Below, one piece after another: positions 1 through 15,782 of a DNA stretch of 64,000 nt (positions are counted from its first letter, which is position 1; every line of letters starts with the position of its first letter). The translations under genes and the position numbers were made by a program. This DNA is from the human T2T-CHM13v2.0 reference genome, Homo sapiens. Location of the stretch: assembly GCF_009914755.1 (NCBI RefSeq), contig NC_060929.1; one strand, given 5' to 3'. Below the pieces are notes generated by a model, which searched no databases, was not told the origin of the DNA, and was given only the letters and a program-made list of their open reading frames with translations.

Positions 1-1612
1 AGCCTCATTGGCAAACCAGGCACCAGGCAGAAGCATTCCCTGGAAGATCAATTCAGGGTTGGAGGATGGATTTGGGGTGAGAGCTGAGATTTTTAAAAAA
101 CTCTCAGCAGCACACGAGGCTGTTCACAGTAATACTTAATAAACGTCTGTTGAATGAGTGAATGAAATGTGGCCTCAGCAAGCCACCCTAGTGTCTGGCT
201 GGGTTCTCAGCCTAACCCCCATCCATGTGCCCACAATGTAGCTGAAATGCCATACATTTAAATGTAACCCTGCAGCTTTTGACAACCATATTCCAAAGCA
301 AGGGTTGGACAACTGGACAACAACAGCTATTTGATGTGGAAGCTGCAGGGGACCTTAACTCTACTGGGTCTTGGAAGATATTACTGTAAATGGAATTAAG
401 CATAGACTCTGGCATCAGGCAAGCCTGAGTTCAAATAAAACCACCACCACTTAGAAATTCTTTCATTGAAGAGGTTAAGGAGCTTCATTTTCTTCTAGTA
501 AAAAGGGAGAACATAAAAACGTATAGAATAATCTTGGCATCGTTCTCAATATATAGTATGCATTCTAAAAATTATAATTACAATTCTGTAACTGTCAGGT
601 TCCAGCTAAAGATTTTTCTAGCTCAGATGCTGTTGTAGCAAACCACACTTCTGTTATGGGACCTGGGAACAGAAAAGTTGGTTCCCTGACTCTCAATCCA
701 TCAGTGCTCTTTTCAACTCACCAACTATAAAAGAAGGGGGCTGGATGTCTATAAAAGTCTGTGGTGTCTGTGCCCCACATCCCTGGACACAGCTTTTGGG
801 GGCGGGAAAATGAGGCAGTCAGAAGAGATGGAGACATGGACCTGGGTCAGGCTACTGGGTGCTGGGATCAAGGTGCAGGTCAGTGGGGGACAATGCACTG
901 GCCTCAGTAGGGACTGCCCAGCCATAGAACCCTCAGGGAAAATGAATTTGGGGTTGTCCAACCTCCAGAAGAAGCCATTTCCAGACCTCAAGCTCACTAG
1001 GCTAAGGAGCAGGGCTGAGGCAGAGCAGCCAAGAGACTCCTAGAGAACCCTTTTCCCTGCTATTCATTCAACAAATATTTATTGAGCACTGATCATGTGT
1101 TACTTTGGATATATCAGTGAACAAAATGAAGATTCCAGCCCTTGAGGAACTTACTTTCTAGGCTCGTCCCAGGACACTCCCTCCAATCTCGGTCCCATTT
1201 TACAGATAATAAACCGAGGCCTTTAGCACTCAGGCCCTCTTCTCAGCAAGTTCCCAGACCAGCTCTCTAGGGGTCAATTCTACTGGGGCCACTGATTTGC
1301 TGTGTGACTTTCAGAAGTCATTTGCCCTTTCTGGACCTCCATTTTCCCACTGTAACATGAGGGCTTTGACCTGGGTGATCTGCAGGTCCCTGCCAGCTCT
1401 GAGGGTCCTGCTATTCACCTAGGAAATGCCAGTAATACCAGCACCACACTTCTAAACCTCATTTCTACAGTCTAAGTATCAACCAATCAAACCAACCACG
1501 CCCCTGCCAGGAGCCTTCACTCACAGACAGGGCCCGGCGTAGACACGCATAAGCTGGACCTACATCTCAGGGACACCCGGCAGAGGTGACTGGGGTGGGC
1601 TGGGGGTCTTAC

Positions 1613-1666
1613 CTGGGCATCTTCCCGTGCCTGGTCCAGGTTTTCTCCTCCCTCCTCACGATGCCC
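1613..1666 (-). CDS. ANXA6: ANXA6 exon 20 (54 nt) GHREEGGENLDQAREDAQ
   Basis: cag acceptor, GTAAGA donor, phase 0/0. Confidence 0.95.
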
Positions 1667-2243
1667 CTGCAGCAGGAGCAGCAAGAAAGTTCAGTCCCCA
1701 AACATCGACCCATCTCCATCTCTGTACCACCACACACCCTGCTCATTTTCACCTCTCTGAATGCTCTTCCTCATCAGCTACACAGGGACGAAAATCCTGC
1801 CTCTATAAGGTAGGCTGTTGTGGTCATTAACTGAGAATGTGTGCAAGACACTTAGCACCAATGCCTGACACACAGCAAGCTCTCGGTAACTGTCAATGAG
1901 GGTCTGCCATTTTGGTTATGGGAATTCAAGAGATGGTGACAGAAGCTCCCAGGTAACAACACAGGAGAGGGTCACCCATATGGCTTTGTCCTGTGAGCTG
2001 GGGGCCCAACAAGCCAGGACAAGGGCCACCAGGGAGGACTGTCTGGAGAAGGTGGTACCACGCCAACTTTGACAAGGGAACAACAGGGGTAGGCGGTGGA
2101 ACTCTAAGGAGGCAAGTGGGGAGACACCCCCTCTCCATCAGGAGTGCACTTCTAACTCCCCTGTGCCCTCCACTCAGTAAACCTTCCCTTCCTCCCAGGC
2201 CTCCCGATGGGCAAGCCGACCTGGGGCCCATGAATTCACTCAC

Positions 2244-2323
2244 CGTGGCCAGAGAAATGAGGATCCTCCTGAAGTGGCCAGATGTGTCTGAGCTCAGAGC
2301 ATCCTCCAGGGACTTGTGATAGT
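2244..2323 (-). CDS. ANXA6: ANXA6 exon 19 (80 nt) (D)YHKSLEDALSSDTSGHFRRILISLAT
   Basis: Within ORF 1926..2504; cag acceptor, GTGAGT donor. Confidence 0.96.
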
Positions 2324-2746
2324 CTGAGGCAGAGAAAGGGGGTGTGGGTAGCTGCTGGCCAAGAAGGATTTGGTTGCGGGGAGGGAGGTCCAGGAAACTC
2401 AGGCTTGAGCCAGGGCAGTATTGGCAGGGGGAGGTGGGGATGAAAGGGTTTGTAACTGGCTCATGGGGGCATCCAGCCATCCTCCTGCTGATTTTGTAAG
2501 ACAATGGGCATTCCCATCAACCCATCATCTCCCCTCCATCCCCTCAGCTCTGTCCCAGTTGAGGTCCCATTGCATCTCGCCTTTAATATTTAACAGCCTC
2601 TTAAGTCACCTCCCTGTTGTCATTCTCTCTTCTACCTTCCCTCCTGCATGGCAGTTGCTAAACCCAAAAGCAGAGCTCTGACTATGTCACTCCTGTACTC
2701 AAAAATTCTGCCATTTTAAAGCTGCTTATAAGATAAAAAATGTAAA

Positions 2747-3353
<607 letters not shown>

Positions 3354-3785
3354 GATTTAAACATTTTTGACTGGTACTCAAGATTCTTCAGAATGAAAAT
3401 ATGGGGCCACTCGCTTAAAAATGAAGAATTTCTGGACAGTGACAGCATAGCTTGCAACCAAGTGTGGGGCCCTTCTGGCTGTGGGGCCCTGTAGAACTGC
3501 ATGGACTACACACCCCTAGAGTCGCCCTCCCTCTCTCCAGCAGGCCAGAATGTTCTCTGTTCCCACTTCCAGCCAAGCCCTTTTCTACCTCCAGGCCTTT
3601 GTCCTACCAGGACACCTGTCTTTTCCCCAGACACAGGGATGGGCACACCCAAGAGGCTTATCAAATCCTCAAGGACTGAGGGAAAGGAGACAGGCCAGAG
3701 TCCTGGGCAGAGCTGTGGGCTGGGGTTGGAAGTTGGGGGGCCTGGCTGTTCTCCCAGCATCTGGGCCCAGGCCTCCCAAACTCAC

Positions 3786-3876
3786 CCTCCTTATAGGCCT
3801 CATTGATGGCCCGGATTTCAGCATTGGTCCGAGTGGCCAGGATTTCAATAAGAGCCTTTTCATCTGTGCCGGCTCC
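3786..3876 (-). CDS. ANXA6: ANXA6 exon 18 (91 nt) GAGTDEKALIEILATRTNAEIRAINEAYKE
   Basis: ORF 3661..3909; cag acceptor, GTGAGT donor. Confidence 0.96.
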
Positions 3877-4369
3877 CTGGAATGTCAAGGCAAAGATGAT
3901 CTCAGCCATAGTTCTGACCTCCTGTGCAGAGGTCCATGGGGCCCGGACGGCTAAAGCTCAGGCCAAGCATTCCTGGATTTTCTCCTCACCTCCAGACATG
4001 GCCCTCAGGCCCAAGACCTTGGCACAACCAAGGCTGACTATGCCAGCCTCTCAAGATCCCCAGAACCTCCCATGTGAACTGCTTTGCCTTCCAGCCCCCC
4101 AAACAGAAAAGGTATATAGGCGTGTGTGTATAACACCACATATACACATGAACATCTGAATAGAAATTTCTACTTGTAAGTATTGGAAGAGAACAGAAGG
4201 ACACGCACATGCCTCACAGTGTTAACTAGCAGTTTGGTCTCTGTGTGAGTGAAGGATCACAGATGATTGCTATTTTCTTCTTTTTTACTCTATTTCTTCA
4301 AGTCTCCACAGTGAACATGTATTATTTTGTTAGAAGAAAAAAAGTTTTGTGCTTAAGATAAAATGCTAA

Positions 4370-4645
<276 letters not shown>

Positions 4646-4920
4646 TACATTTGTTTACTCTTGGATTTGAGGAGTGATTTATGAACTGAGGCGTTACATG
4701 CCCTGGACTAAGGCAGGCTGGGGACCTGTCATGCAAAGATCTGCACACAGGGAAGCAGGGAAACTATCAGGGAGGAGAGGAGGCAGGCAAGATTGACTGA
4801 TTGATTGACTGAATGAGTCAATGACTAATTCACTCATTCAGGTACTTGTTAAGACACCTATTATGTGCTAGCCACTGTGCAAGGTGCTGGGGCTACAACT
4901 ACAAAAAAAAAAAAAAAAAA

Positions 4921-5290
<370 letters not shown>

Positions 5291-6149
5291 TCAGATCCTA
5301 GGAGATTCATCCTGATTGAGATCTTCAATCATTTCTTTGTTAGAAGCAGGTGTGTGGTGAGGCAATCAAGAAAGTCCTGAGACTGGGTCTAGCCCTCGTC
5401 TCCCCCTAACTCACTGACTCTCTGAGCCTCTCTGTTTCCCACTTGGAAACTTTGAAAATGGAAAGGATTCAGTTGGGTTACCTCATCGATCTCTTCTATT
5501 TCTGAACCCTGTGTCTTTAGATCGTTTGCTTTTTGGCTTAGGTATTTTAAGAAACAATCATCTCAATCTGCTTAGCCTAGGCAATGTTTTTATAAAGTCC
5601 TCTAGCTCCCCATTGCTGCCCTCCTCTTAATGCGCAAGGGGCCAAAAGCACTACTGGTTTTATGCGGTTGTCAAGACAGGCTCTAGAGTCAGAAAGACTG
5701 GTCTGAACCTCAGCTTTGCTACTTCATAGCTCTATGACCATGACCAAGCAACTTAACCTCCAAGTCTCAGTTTCCTCATCTGTAAAATGGGGACAAAATA
5801 AGAGCCCTGCCTTGTGGCTTGAGGAGGCAACTAATTGAACTAATGTACCTAACCTGGGAGAGTTACCATATGCTCTTTATAAACAGTAGCCATTAGTACA
5901 ATTGGTACCTTGGGAAGCAAAGCAGTTCTAGCAACTTCTGGGCCAGGACATAATGCTTTCTTGTTTAATGTAGGGTCAGGTCTTCGGAGTTAACAATGCC
6001 CTTCATACCTGTGACCTTGATTGACCTGTCCTAGTTTGAAGGGCAGAGGTGACCATTTCCATTTCCCAGATGAAGGCACAGAGGATTGGGAAGTGTAAGG
6101 AATGGCCCAGTCACACTGTGAGTGAGTGGCAGGTCTAGGCTGGAGTACA

Positions 6150-6560
6150 GACTCCAACTGCTGGTGCTTTCGTTCGAGACCCACCCCACTTCCTCCAGCG
6201 GCTCCATGAGACCCTTCTGACACCAGTGGGCATGTGACTTAAGCTGAATCAACTTGGAGTAAATGCCAAGCCTGTTGTTGGAGCTCCTAGGAAGAAGGAA
6301 CTCTTTCTGCTGGAGCCGCTAGCTGGCGGGATGGACATATGCCACCATGAGGAGAAAGGCTGCCTGAGAGTGAAGCCAGAAGGGAGGACAGCAGAGCCAA
6401 GACAGGGGTGAGCCAAGGGTCCACAGAACATCATTTGAGTCTCTGGACTCAGAGCTAGTCCTGTAGTTTTCAGTTATAGGAGCCAACATCTCCTTTTGTG
6501 TTTATGCCAGTTTGAACTGAGTATGGGAGGAGTTCTACCAAGAAGTTACAGCTAATCCAC
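6150..6560 (+). mobile_element. Old MaLR LTR remnant (MLT1-type), boundaries approximate
   Basis: MLT1-like segments (gagaaaggctgcctgagagtgaagcca; gagccaa...gccagtttgaactgag). Confidence 0.55.
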
Positions 6561-6632
6561 CTGGGCTTATGAGGATCACCTGTATCCCTATTGGCACCCG
6601 CAGACACTAGACCCCCTGGTGCCACACTGTAC

Positions 6633-6746
6633 CTCCATGGCCTTCTTCAACTGCTTGGCATCGTAATGGGCCGGTGGCATCATGAGCCCCAGAATCAGCC
6701 TTGCCAGGTCTCCAGAGATCTCAGACTTCAGGTCAGTCATTAAGTC
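6633..6746 (-). CDS. ANXA6: ANXA6 exon 17 (114 nt) DLMTDLKSEISGDLARLILGLMMPPAHYDAKQLKKAME
   Basis: Manual translation; cag acceptor, GTACAG donor. Confidence 0.96.
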
Positions 6747-7402
6747 CTGCAAAGGGCAGAGCCACAGTCATGCCAACATCAGCACTTGCCCACACATGAC
6801 TCAGGATGGGAGAGATGGAAAGAGAAAACAGGGGTTCCACATGAGGGATCATGGAAGCTTGTGTCTGTCTTTGCTGATGTTGTACTTATTATTTAGATGA
6901 AGCCAAAGAGGGTAGGGAAAAAACAACCAGGAGGAAGACCCACTCTCCTTGACACAGGAGACAGGAACGGGAAGGCAGCAGAGCTGAAGGACACTGTTTC
7001 CACTCAGGGGGAAATGCATCAACCTAAGCCAGATGCCACCAATGTGCAATAATCCCTGACACTCAGTTGGGGCCTTGAAGCCAGCTCTGTCTGTGCAGAG
7101 GAATTGCAAGATGCCCAAAGCACACTGAAAACAACTCATAGCCCTGATCTTGGCCCCATGCTGTGCCTCTGAGTCCACTGAGCAACTCACACAAGTGTTG
7201 CCCATCACAAGGAACTGGGGGCATGGAAAGATATGTCTGCCCAAACCCAGTGCTGGAGACACTCTGAGATCATATGACCACACAGGGTCCCTCTGCCATG
7301 AAGACCCTGGTGCCCAACTGTGCAGAACCGATGGGGACAGGCTGAGCTCAATCAGGCAAGGTGCATGCATGTTGCACAGAGAGCCCAGGAGGAGGTCCTT
7401 AC

Positions 7403-7497
7403 CCGGCCAAAGTGAGACTTGAAGGTCTGCCGGATCTGCTGCCGCTGGACATTGCTGCGGTGCGTGATGATATCGATGATTGTGTCTTCGTCAGTCC
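7403..7497 (-). CDS. ANXA6: ANXA6 exon 16 (95 nt) (G)[31 protein letters not shown]
   Basis: ORF 7352..7555; cag acceptor, GTAAGG donor. Confidence 0.96.
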
Positions 7498-8771
7498 CTG
7501 AGTCACCAAAGCCACATGCCTCAGAAGAAGGCCTGTGGCTCTCGGCTTTCCCCATGCACCGCCCACTGATGGCCCCTCATCGATCTTTGTCAGGGTAGAA
7601 GCCTGGCTAAGCGGCCATGTGCTCCTGAGTCCCTGCAGTCCGCTTGCCTATGGCTCAGGCCACTGATTTCTGCTGGACTCCTCCCTCCCTTTCCTTTTGA
7701 CACGCTGAGGAAAAAGGACAGCTGGGAGGTAGAGAGCACTGGGTTGGGAGTCAGTGCCTCTGAGTTCTAGTTCTGGCTCTGGCAATGGCTGCCCACCCTG
7801 GGCAAGTCCCCTTCCCTTGATGGGACTTGGTTTCCACATCTGTAACATGAAGAGGCTGGAGTAGTCACCAAGGGATCCTTCCAACCCTGACAGTCCAAGT
7901 CCTGTTAGCAACTCTATGTCCTTTCTCTTCAGCTCTCTGGAAGCTGGACCCTGAGTCCCTCTAACCACAGCAGGTTGACTCTGGAAGGCATTAGAATATC
8001 ACTTCCTGCTTCTCAGATTAATGCCATCAACCACAGACCCAGCACAGGGGTCTTTCATGGCATTTTTACCTCTAGCATCCTACAGTCCCAGGCGAGCTTG
8101 GCAGGTATCATCATTCCCATGAGACACATGGAAAGGAGGCTCAGGAGGGTGATGGACTTAACCTAAAGCCTCCTGGGAGTTGCTGTCAGACAGATGGGGC
8201 AGAAAGGCAAAGAAAGCCAAACCCTAGATGGCCTGTCCCAGGCTGGACTTTCTGAGCACAGGCCCAGCTGATCTGAACCTGTGGGTGCAGTACTCTTCCC
8301 ACTGGTGCCAAATATAGGTCTGAAAGACCTGCCCAGCAGGGCACACTCCCACCACAGAATGAGGGAGGGCTCTTGGGTTCCAGGGTCCACAGCCCTGATT
8401 TTACACATAGGGAAATTCAGACCCAGAGTGGCGGAGAGGCTCACCCAGAGTCACACGGTGAGTCAGCAGCAGAGCCAGGGCACCATGCCAATTTTGTGAC
8501 CTGGTACTTTCTTCAGTGCCAGGATACTGCTTCCAGGAGGCTGGGGGACACCTTGGTCCCTGGAAAGGGCTTCTGCCAAGTTCCTTATGAACCCTCTCCT
8601 GCCCCTCCTCTCTATACTCTGGGAGCTAGGAGGGTGGAAACTTGAGATCAAGCCTTCCTCATCCTGCAGACTCTAATTTGAAACCTCACTCCATCCCCTG
8701 CCAGCCCACGGCCAAACCCACCACACCTGCTGCCCTGGAGACCAACCCTGCTCCCTTCCCATCCCCCATAC

Positions 8772-8853
8772 CGAGTCCCTTCATGGCTTTCCGCAGCGCT
8801 TTGGCATCTGCGTCAGGGTTGAAGTCATTGGCTGGGCGCACAGTTCCCTTCAG
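8772..8853 (-). CDS. ANXA6: ANXA6 exon 15 (82 nt) LKGTVRPANDFNPDADAKALRKAMKGL
   Basis: Manual translation; cag acceptor, GTATGG donor. Confidence 0.96.
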
Positions 8854-9022
8854 CTGTGAGAAGCAGAAAGAGACTCAGCAGGTGTCTGAAGGCCCCCCTG
8901 GGGACCAGGCTGAAAGACAGCATGCGAGGGTGGGAAGCTCACCCCATGAGCCCAAACCAAGCGGCGTGGGTGGGGAAAGAGGCAGAGGTGAAGCCACAGC
9001 AGACAGACCCTGCACGAGAGCT

Positions 9023-9054
<32 letters not shown>

Positions 9055-9080
9055 CAGAAAGATATAGAGAGAGGGAGAGA
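9023..9080. repeat. (GA)n microsatellite
   Basis: Read directly. Confidence 0.9.
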
Positions 9081-9560
9081 GGGACTCAGGGCTGGGAGCA
9101 GGGCAAGTCCTGATCAAGAGAAATTGGCTAGGCTCCCGCCTGCCACGGGATCTGCCTCGGTTCTAGTGCCCCTTGGCTGCTTATTCCACCGGGGCATCCC
9201 CAATTCTTCTGAATCCTACCCTGCCCCCGAGGCCCCCTCTGCCTCTTAAAGAGTCATTCCCCCTGAAAAGGCAGCAGAAAAGTTCTGAAATACCAGAACA
9301 GAGTTTCCCAAATTTCAGTCACTCCTAAAGGACTTTCACTATTCCAAATTAGCACACACACTATGCCATCTCTTAATGGTTTTATGTAATTCAACTTCTT
9401 TTCTGTCTACTTAAATGCATCAATTTTTGAAGTGCATTTAAAATTACTCCCAAAAGGCAAGGAATTGTATCCGTTTTATCCTGTTACATATCCCAGGTGC
9501 CTACAACAGTGTCTGACATAATAGGCACACTCAAAAAATAATTGTTAAGTGGATTAATGA

Positions 9561-9971
<411 letters not shown>

Positions 9972-10887
9972 TTAACATGATGCCTCTACTTGCCAGAAGC
10001 TCTGAAACTTAAAGCGAGCTCTCTCAGCTTTCTCTTTGTGAAAAAGGAAAATCAGCAAGTGTTGCAGAGACGGCGGCACCAAACCAAGACTTCCTCTTTG
10101 ACGTAATCAGAAACGCTGATGAAATTGGAAAGGAGTGCCTTTCTCATTCACTCTGTGGAGTTCAGCGTTATTCAACCCTGCCAAACTAAATTCACTTCTC
10201 ACATCACCTACAATCATCTGCAAAGATCTCTTGCCTTATCATTTGGGGAACACTGTCCTAGAACATCAGAGCTCAAGAGCCCTAAGAGATCACCGAGATT
10301 GCCATGTTAACCCCTCACTTTAAAGATGGAGACATAGAGGCCCAGAGGGAGGGGGCACCTTCCAAAGGTTACATAGCGAATAAGTAACAGAGAGCTCCAA
10401 GGTCCCATGCTTTTTTGTGTGGACCAAGTGTTGCAGTCTCTGGAATGGTTTGCCTAAAGTACTTTAGTGAAACCTTTCATTCCTGTCCTTTGTGGACCCC
10501 CAGTCTGAGGATGCTCAGGAGGACAACCTGAAATCCTCCAGTGCACCCAGGGATGCCCATCTGTTCTCAGCTTTCATGTCTCTGAGGCCAACTGTTTCGA
10601 CTCCAGACGGGACAGGCCCCTCCATGGAACCAGCCAGGTCTCCATTTCAGCAAGCCCTGTTAGTAAGTGGGCCAGAACCCTTTCCAGCGTGTCAGAAGCT
10701 AATGCAGAAACCAGGTGCGCCCCTCCACCAGTTCACCACTCCAAGGGAGAAAAGGAAGCTTCAGATGTGAGAATCAACGTGTCGGGTTGGCCGCCAGGGG
10801 GCAGCTGGGTGCCAACCAGAGCAGCAGGAAGGTGCAAGCAGAGAAGCTGTGGTCAAGAGGTCAAGCAGGAGGAGGGGAAGGTCTGAC

Positions 10888-10966
10888 CTCTACTCGGGCC
10901 ACTGCACTAAGTTCCCACATCTGATAGGCCACCTGCGCTGCCTCCGGGAAGAACTGGCCAGCAGCA
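10888..10966 (-). CDS. ANXA6: ANXA6 exon 14 (79 nt), inter-lobe linker [26 protein letters not shown]
   Basis: ORF 10861..11094; cag acceptor, GTCAGA donor. Confidence 0.95.
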
Positions 10967-11029
10967 CTGGAATGGAGGGGTTTAGGGAGAGGACAGGAAG
11001 GAATGTCATCATGGGCAACACTCACACCA

Positions 11030-11095
11030 ACACACACACACACACACACACACACACCCCAACACATACACACACGTGCACACACCACACACACA
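11030..11095. repeat. (CA)n microsatellite just upstream of the exon 14 acceptor
   Basis: Read directly. Confidence 0.9.
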
Positions 11096-11200
11096 TTAAG
11101 CTTTCTTTCTCTCCAGCCTATGCCTCCTCCATTCGCCAGAGTCCTCCCTCCATTTCTGAGAACCTTCCATCTCTTGAGACCCCCTGCAATGCTGCCTTTT

Positions 11201-11515
<315 letters not shown>

Positions 11516-12666
11516 TAAGGGCAGCCTTCCTGGCTGCAGAGTCCAAGCAGGATAGGATTTTTCCAATCCTTCAGCCTCCCCTTTCTTCCTTAGAATTTGA
11601 ATGGCTTCTATCCAACTCTCCCCTCTCAAAGAGGCCATTGAGCAAGCTATGGCCATGCCAGCCCTGCATCTCCTCCTGCAAAGTGCCTGGATGCATCAGG
11701 AGCTCAGTAATATCTGCTGAACTGCATCAACCCCTATGGTCCTTACCAAAGGTTCACAGGAAATTCTTGCATCCCTTCTGTAATTGGATCTTTATAAGAT
11801 CCAGAGAAAGGAAATCAGAGCGCAGCCTGTTCCCTTTCTCAAACACAAATCTGGTCAAGTAATGTCCCAATTTAACATTCTGGGAAGAGGCCCCCAGGCC
11901 CTCCCACTTCTCTGCCTTATTTCTCTCTCTAGTACTCCATAAATGCATGACTTCGGACATATGAATGAATCAGGCCACTCCTTCTCACTCCTCGGCTTTT
12001 CTATAGGTGATTTCCTCCACCCAAACACTGTCCCCAGACCCTCTTCACCTGGCTCTTCCCCTTCCTCCTTGGGTCTCACCGTGTATCTCCAAAGAGTCTC
12101 CCCTTGGTCTGGGCTAGGGCATCTCTGTGTGCTTTTATATATGCTTTCTATGTGGCACAGCCAGTTCTCCCCAGCACAGGACTGCTCCCTTCTGGAAACT
12201 GGTCTATACCCTTCTGCGCTGTGGCCTTCATCAGGGGCTTCCTCACAGGGTCTGCACCCAGAAGGCACTTAACACAAATATGCTGCATAAATGAGTAGGC
12301 AGAGCAGGAATGTGTCCTTTTCCCATTTAACAGGTGATGAAACCGAGAAATGGCTATGAAATAGCAGGGATTGGATGCTCATATTCTGGTTCCTAGTCCA
12401 CAACCCCAGACTGACTTTCCAAGTTCACAAGAGCAGACATCTCCATATACAGGAGACCACGCTCACGTTCAGACCCCCACACTCTCAGACACACAGACCC
12501 ACAAGCACAGCAGCTACCAGCAAAAGCCGCCTTTCACTTGTGCGACGCTCCTGGCTCAGGGGAATCCCCAGCTCATCCAATCCACCCATCAGGATGCGAG
12601 CCAGGAGAGTCCCCGCCTGGCACCCCAAGGCCATGCCCTCCAGCCAGGGGCCAAGAAGCCACTTAC

Positions 12667-12725
12667 TCATCATCTCCCCCAGACAGCTTCAGCAGAGTCT
12701 TCTTGTACTCGCCAGAGGTGTCATT
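12667..12725 (-). CDS. ANXA6: ANXA6 exon 13 (59 nt) NDTSGEYKKTLLKLSGGDD
   Basis: Manual translation; cag acceptor, GTAAGT donor. Confidence 0.95.
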
Positions 12726-13892
12726 CTGAAGAGAAAGAAAGAAAGGTTACCTCTCACCCAGCCCTGGGCTCCTCTCAGACAAGGAGGTGAAGGTTCTGCA
12801 CAGCCTGAAAGAGGGGAAGGCTGAATGAACACTTATTCATAGCAGCCCTGGCCCTCCTGTGCTGGTTAATATTGAATAACTGGTTCTCAGCGGGCAGGTT
12901 GGAGGAAGCCCTAATTTATAGCATTTGCCTATTTCTGTGGTGTAAATACTTCTAGCAATGGACAATTTCAAGTTACCAATATGACTTTGCTACCAATATG
13001 CGGAGTTGAGAAGAGATGCTCGCTGCCCTTTCAAGCCAGTGCCCCAGCACAGCACTGCCACCAGACAGTCCCCAGCCCAGTCCTTCCACATGAAATATGC
13101 ATGGAAATGGGGTTCCATGAGCAAAAATATTGGGAAATGCAAAAAAATCAAACAAATATATATTACACAGATGCACATATCCGTATAGATGCATATTCCA
13201 TATCCCTCTTGGGGCTTCATAATGGACTTCAAAATGTGAAAGGCTGTGAGAAGTTCTGAGGTAAAGAAACTGGCTTATTTATCTTTGCTTATTGTGGTTT
13301 GTTACAAACTTATTTTCCCATAGAACATTTTGCACATAACACCTAAAAAAATTACCCTTTGGAAACATACTTTGGAGAATACAACTTGGATCTCTTTCTC
13401 TGTCACCCCATAAAGTTTTATTTCAGTCATCCAAAAAAAAAAAAAAAAAGGGAAAACCCCTAGCTTTACATATGTCTCCTGATAAAGCCTCAGGGGCCGG
13501 ATGTCCCAGAGTCATCACCAATCACCCGGCCCAGGCCAAAGGTTCCCCTTTAACCCTCATTTGTGTTCTTCAGTGTTTCCCAGCCTTCTTCCAGGAGACT
13601 GAACTATCACTGCCCTTGGGGCAGAGTCCTCGCACTTAATTCAGCTTGCGTGTCCTTCATGACCCAGCCCCTGCCTCCTTCTGTAGCCTTACCACTCACA
13701 AACACCCCTAACACTTGCTTTTCTGTTGAATATCCTTAAATTCCTTGAATGAGCCACAAGGCAGGAGCTCCTGGAATGTCCAAGAGACTCCCACTTCCTA
13801 GGACATTTCCTTTTCCTGGGAATAGTCCCCAAGCCCTCTGTCTTGGCAAAAAGCTCTTTGCTCCCTTCTCTGCCCCCATGAGCTCTGCTGAC

Positions 13893-14015
13893 CTTGATCA
13901 TGCTGTAGAGGGACTTCTCATACTTGGTCCGGAAGATCTCCCGAATGTCGAGCATGTCCAACTCACTACGGGAGACCATGATGCGGATCAGGGTGTTGTC
14001 CCGAGTCCCCAGGCC
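13893..14015 (-). CDS. ANXA6: ANXA6 exon 12 (123 nt) [41 protein letters not shown]
   Basis: ORF 13689..14021; cag acceptor, GTCAGC donor. Confidence 0.96.
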
Positions 14016-14181
14016 CTGCAAGACAAGTGGGTTTGGGGAACATGGACTTGAGAGGAGGCTAGAGTGCTGATAGCTCCCAGCTTAGTTGAAAATCCTATTT
14101 TCATAATAAAAAGTTAAAATTTAGAGCAAAAGAAGCAGACATTGCCATTCCCATTGAAGCTCTCTCTATGCTCCTCTTACT

Positions 14182-14488
14182 GTTTTGTTTGTTTGTTTGT
14201 TTGTTTGTTTGTTTCTGAGACAGTGTCTCACTCTTGTCCAGGCTGGAGTGCAGTGGTACGATCTCAGCTCACTACAACCTCTGCCTTCCAGACTCAAGCA
14301 ATTCTCCTGCCTCAGCTTCCTGAGCAGCTGGGAGTACAGGTACCCACCACTACGCCTGGCTAATTTTTGTATTTTTAGTAGAGATGGGGTTTTGCCATGT
14401 TGGCCAGGCTGGTCTTGAACTGGCCTCAAGGGCTGCCTTGGCCTCCCAAAATGCTACGATTACACACATGAGCCACCATGCCCGGCCC
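14182..14488 (-). mobile_element. Alu with (TTTG)n tail
   Basis: Consensus match. Confidence 0.9.
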
Positions 14489-14708
14489 TCTCACTGTTAT
14501 AAACCTCTTCTCTCTTCATGTATAATTTCCACACTTGATTTTCCTTATAATTTTACCATAGCTTTGTAACTCTAAGCAATACACTTAGATTTACACATTT
14601 TGGAACTCTGCAAATATACCACTGTGCATTTAGGTTTTTGCTGTACTATTCCTGATGGTCACTGGGTTGTTTCTAGCTTTTTCCTAATATAAGCAATACT
14701 GTTATAAG

Positions 14709-15047
<339 letters not shown>

Positions 15048-15723
15048 TGATGGGCATTCTTAATGAATTCATGCATACAGGCAAACATCTCTCTAGGGCT
15101 GAGCTGCCCAACCTCATTATGGCACACTGGTGGGCAGAGAATGGCCGACAGTCTACTTTGTCCTTTCGGAATGGCCAACCAGGGCCAGAAAGGCCCAAGC
15201 TCCTGTGTCTCGGGCCTCAGGCCTCTGGCCTCTGGCAGCAAATAACTGCATTCATTTCCTCCAGTGCATCACAAAAATACCAGTTTCTTTGTGCGTCATA
15301 TGTGTAAAAGCCTGGGAAGCTTTCTCAGAAACACACCCAGAGTGGAACTGTCACAGGGTGAGCATCATGAGTCTTAGCAGGCAAGGCCAAAGTGGTCTTG
15401 CCTACATACGCTGTATAAAAACATTCTGGTTAATACTTCTTCAAAGTCCGAGCCGCCAACCCATTTGGCTGGAGGGATCAGGTGCAGGCTGCCACCCTAA
15501 GTTCATCTGTTGACTCATGACGTCAGGCAGGTATGCAGGTGGCAGGACATGTGACCAGCAGCATTCCTGGCTCTACAGCTCACCTGCGACAGAGCACCTT
15601 CACCAGGGTCAGTCCTGTGGCCATCCCTGAAGGGCTCTCTTTGGCCACTGGATCCCAAGGACTTGTCAAAGACTCCCAATAGTCCTCTCCCCAAACCCCA
15701 TTCACATCAGCCCCACCACGCAC

Positions 15724-15782
15724 CTTCATAGCCTTGAAGAGCCTTTCAGCAAAATATTCCGGGGTGCTCCGGATACACTTCA
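15724..15782 (-). CDS. ANXA6: ANXA6 exon 11 (59 nt) (V)KCIRSTPEYFAERLFKAMK
   Basis: ORF 15580..15783; cag acceptor, GTGCGT donor. Confidence 0.95.

Noticed and set aside
100-114. Possible VAAEIL micro-exon 21 (ctctcagcagcac)
   Set aside because: Does not encode VAAEIL with splice sites; exon 21 appears to lie outside the window
1483-1500. CCAAT..CCACG ERSE-like element
   Set aside because: Spacer is 8 nt, not the required 9
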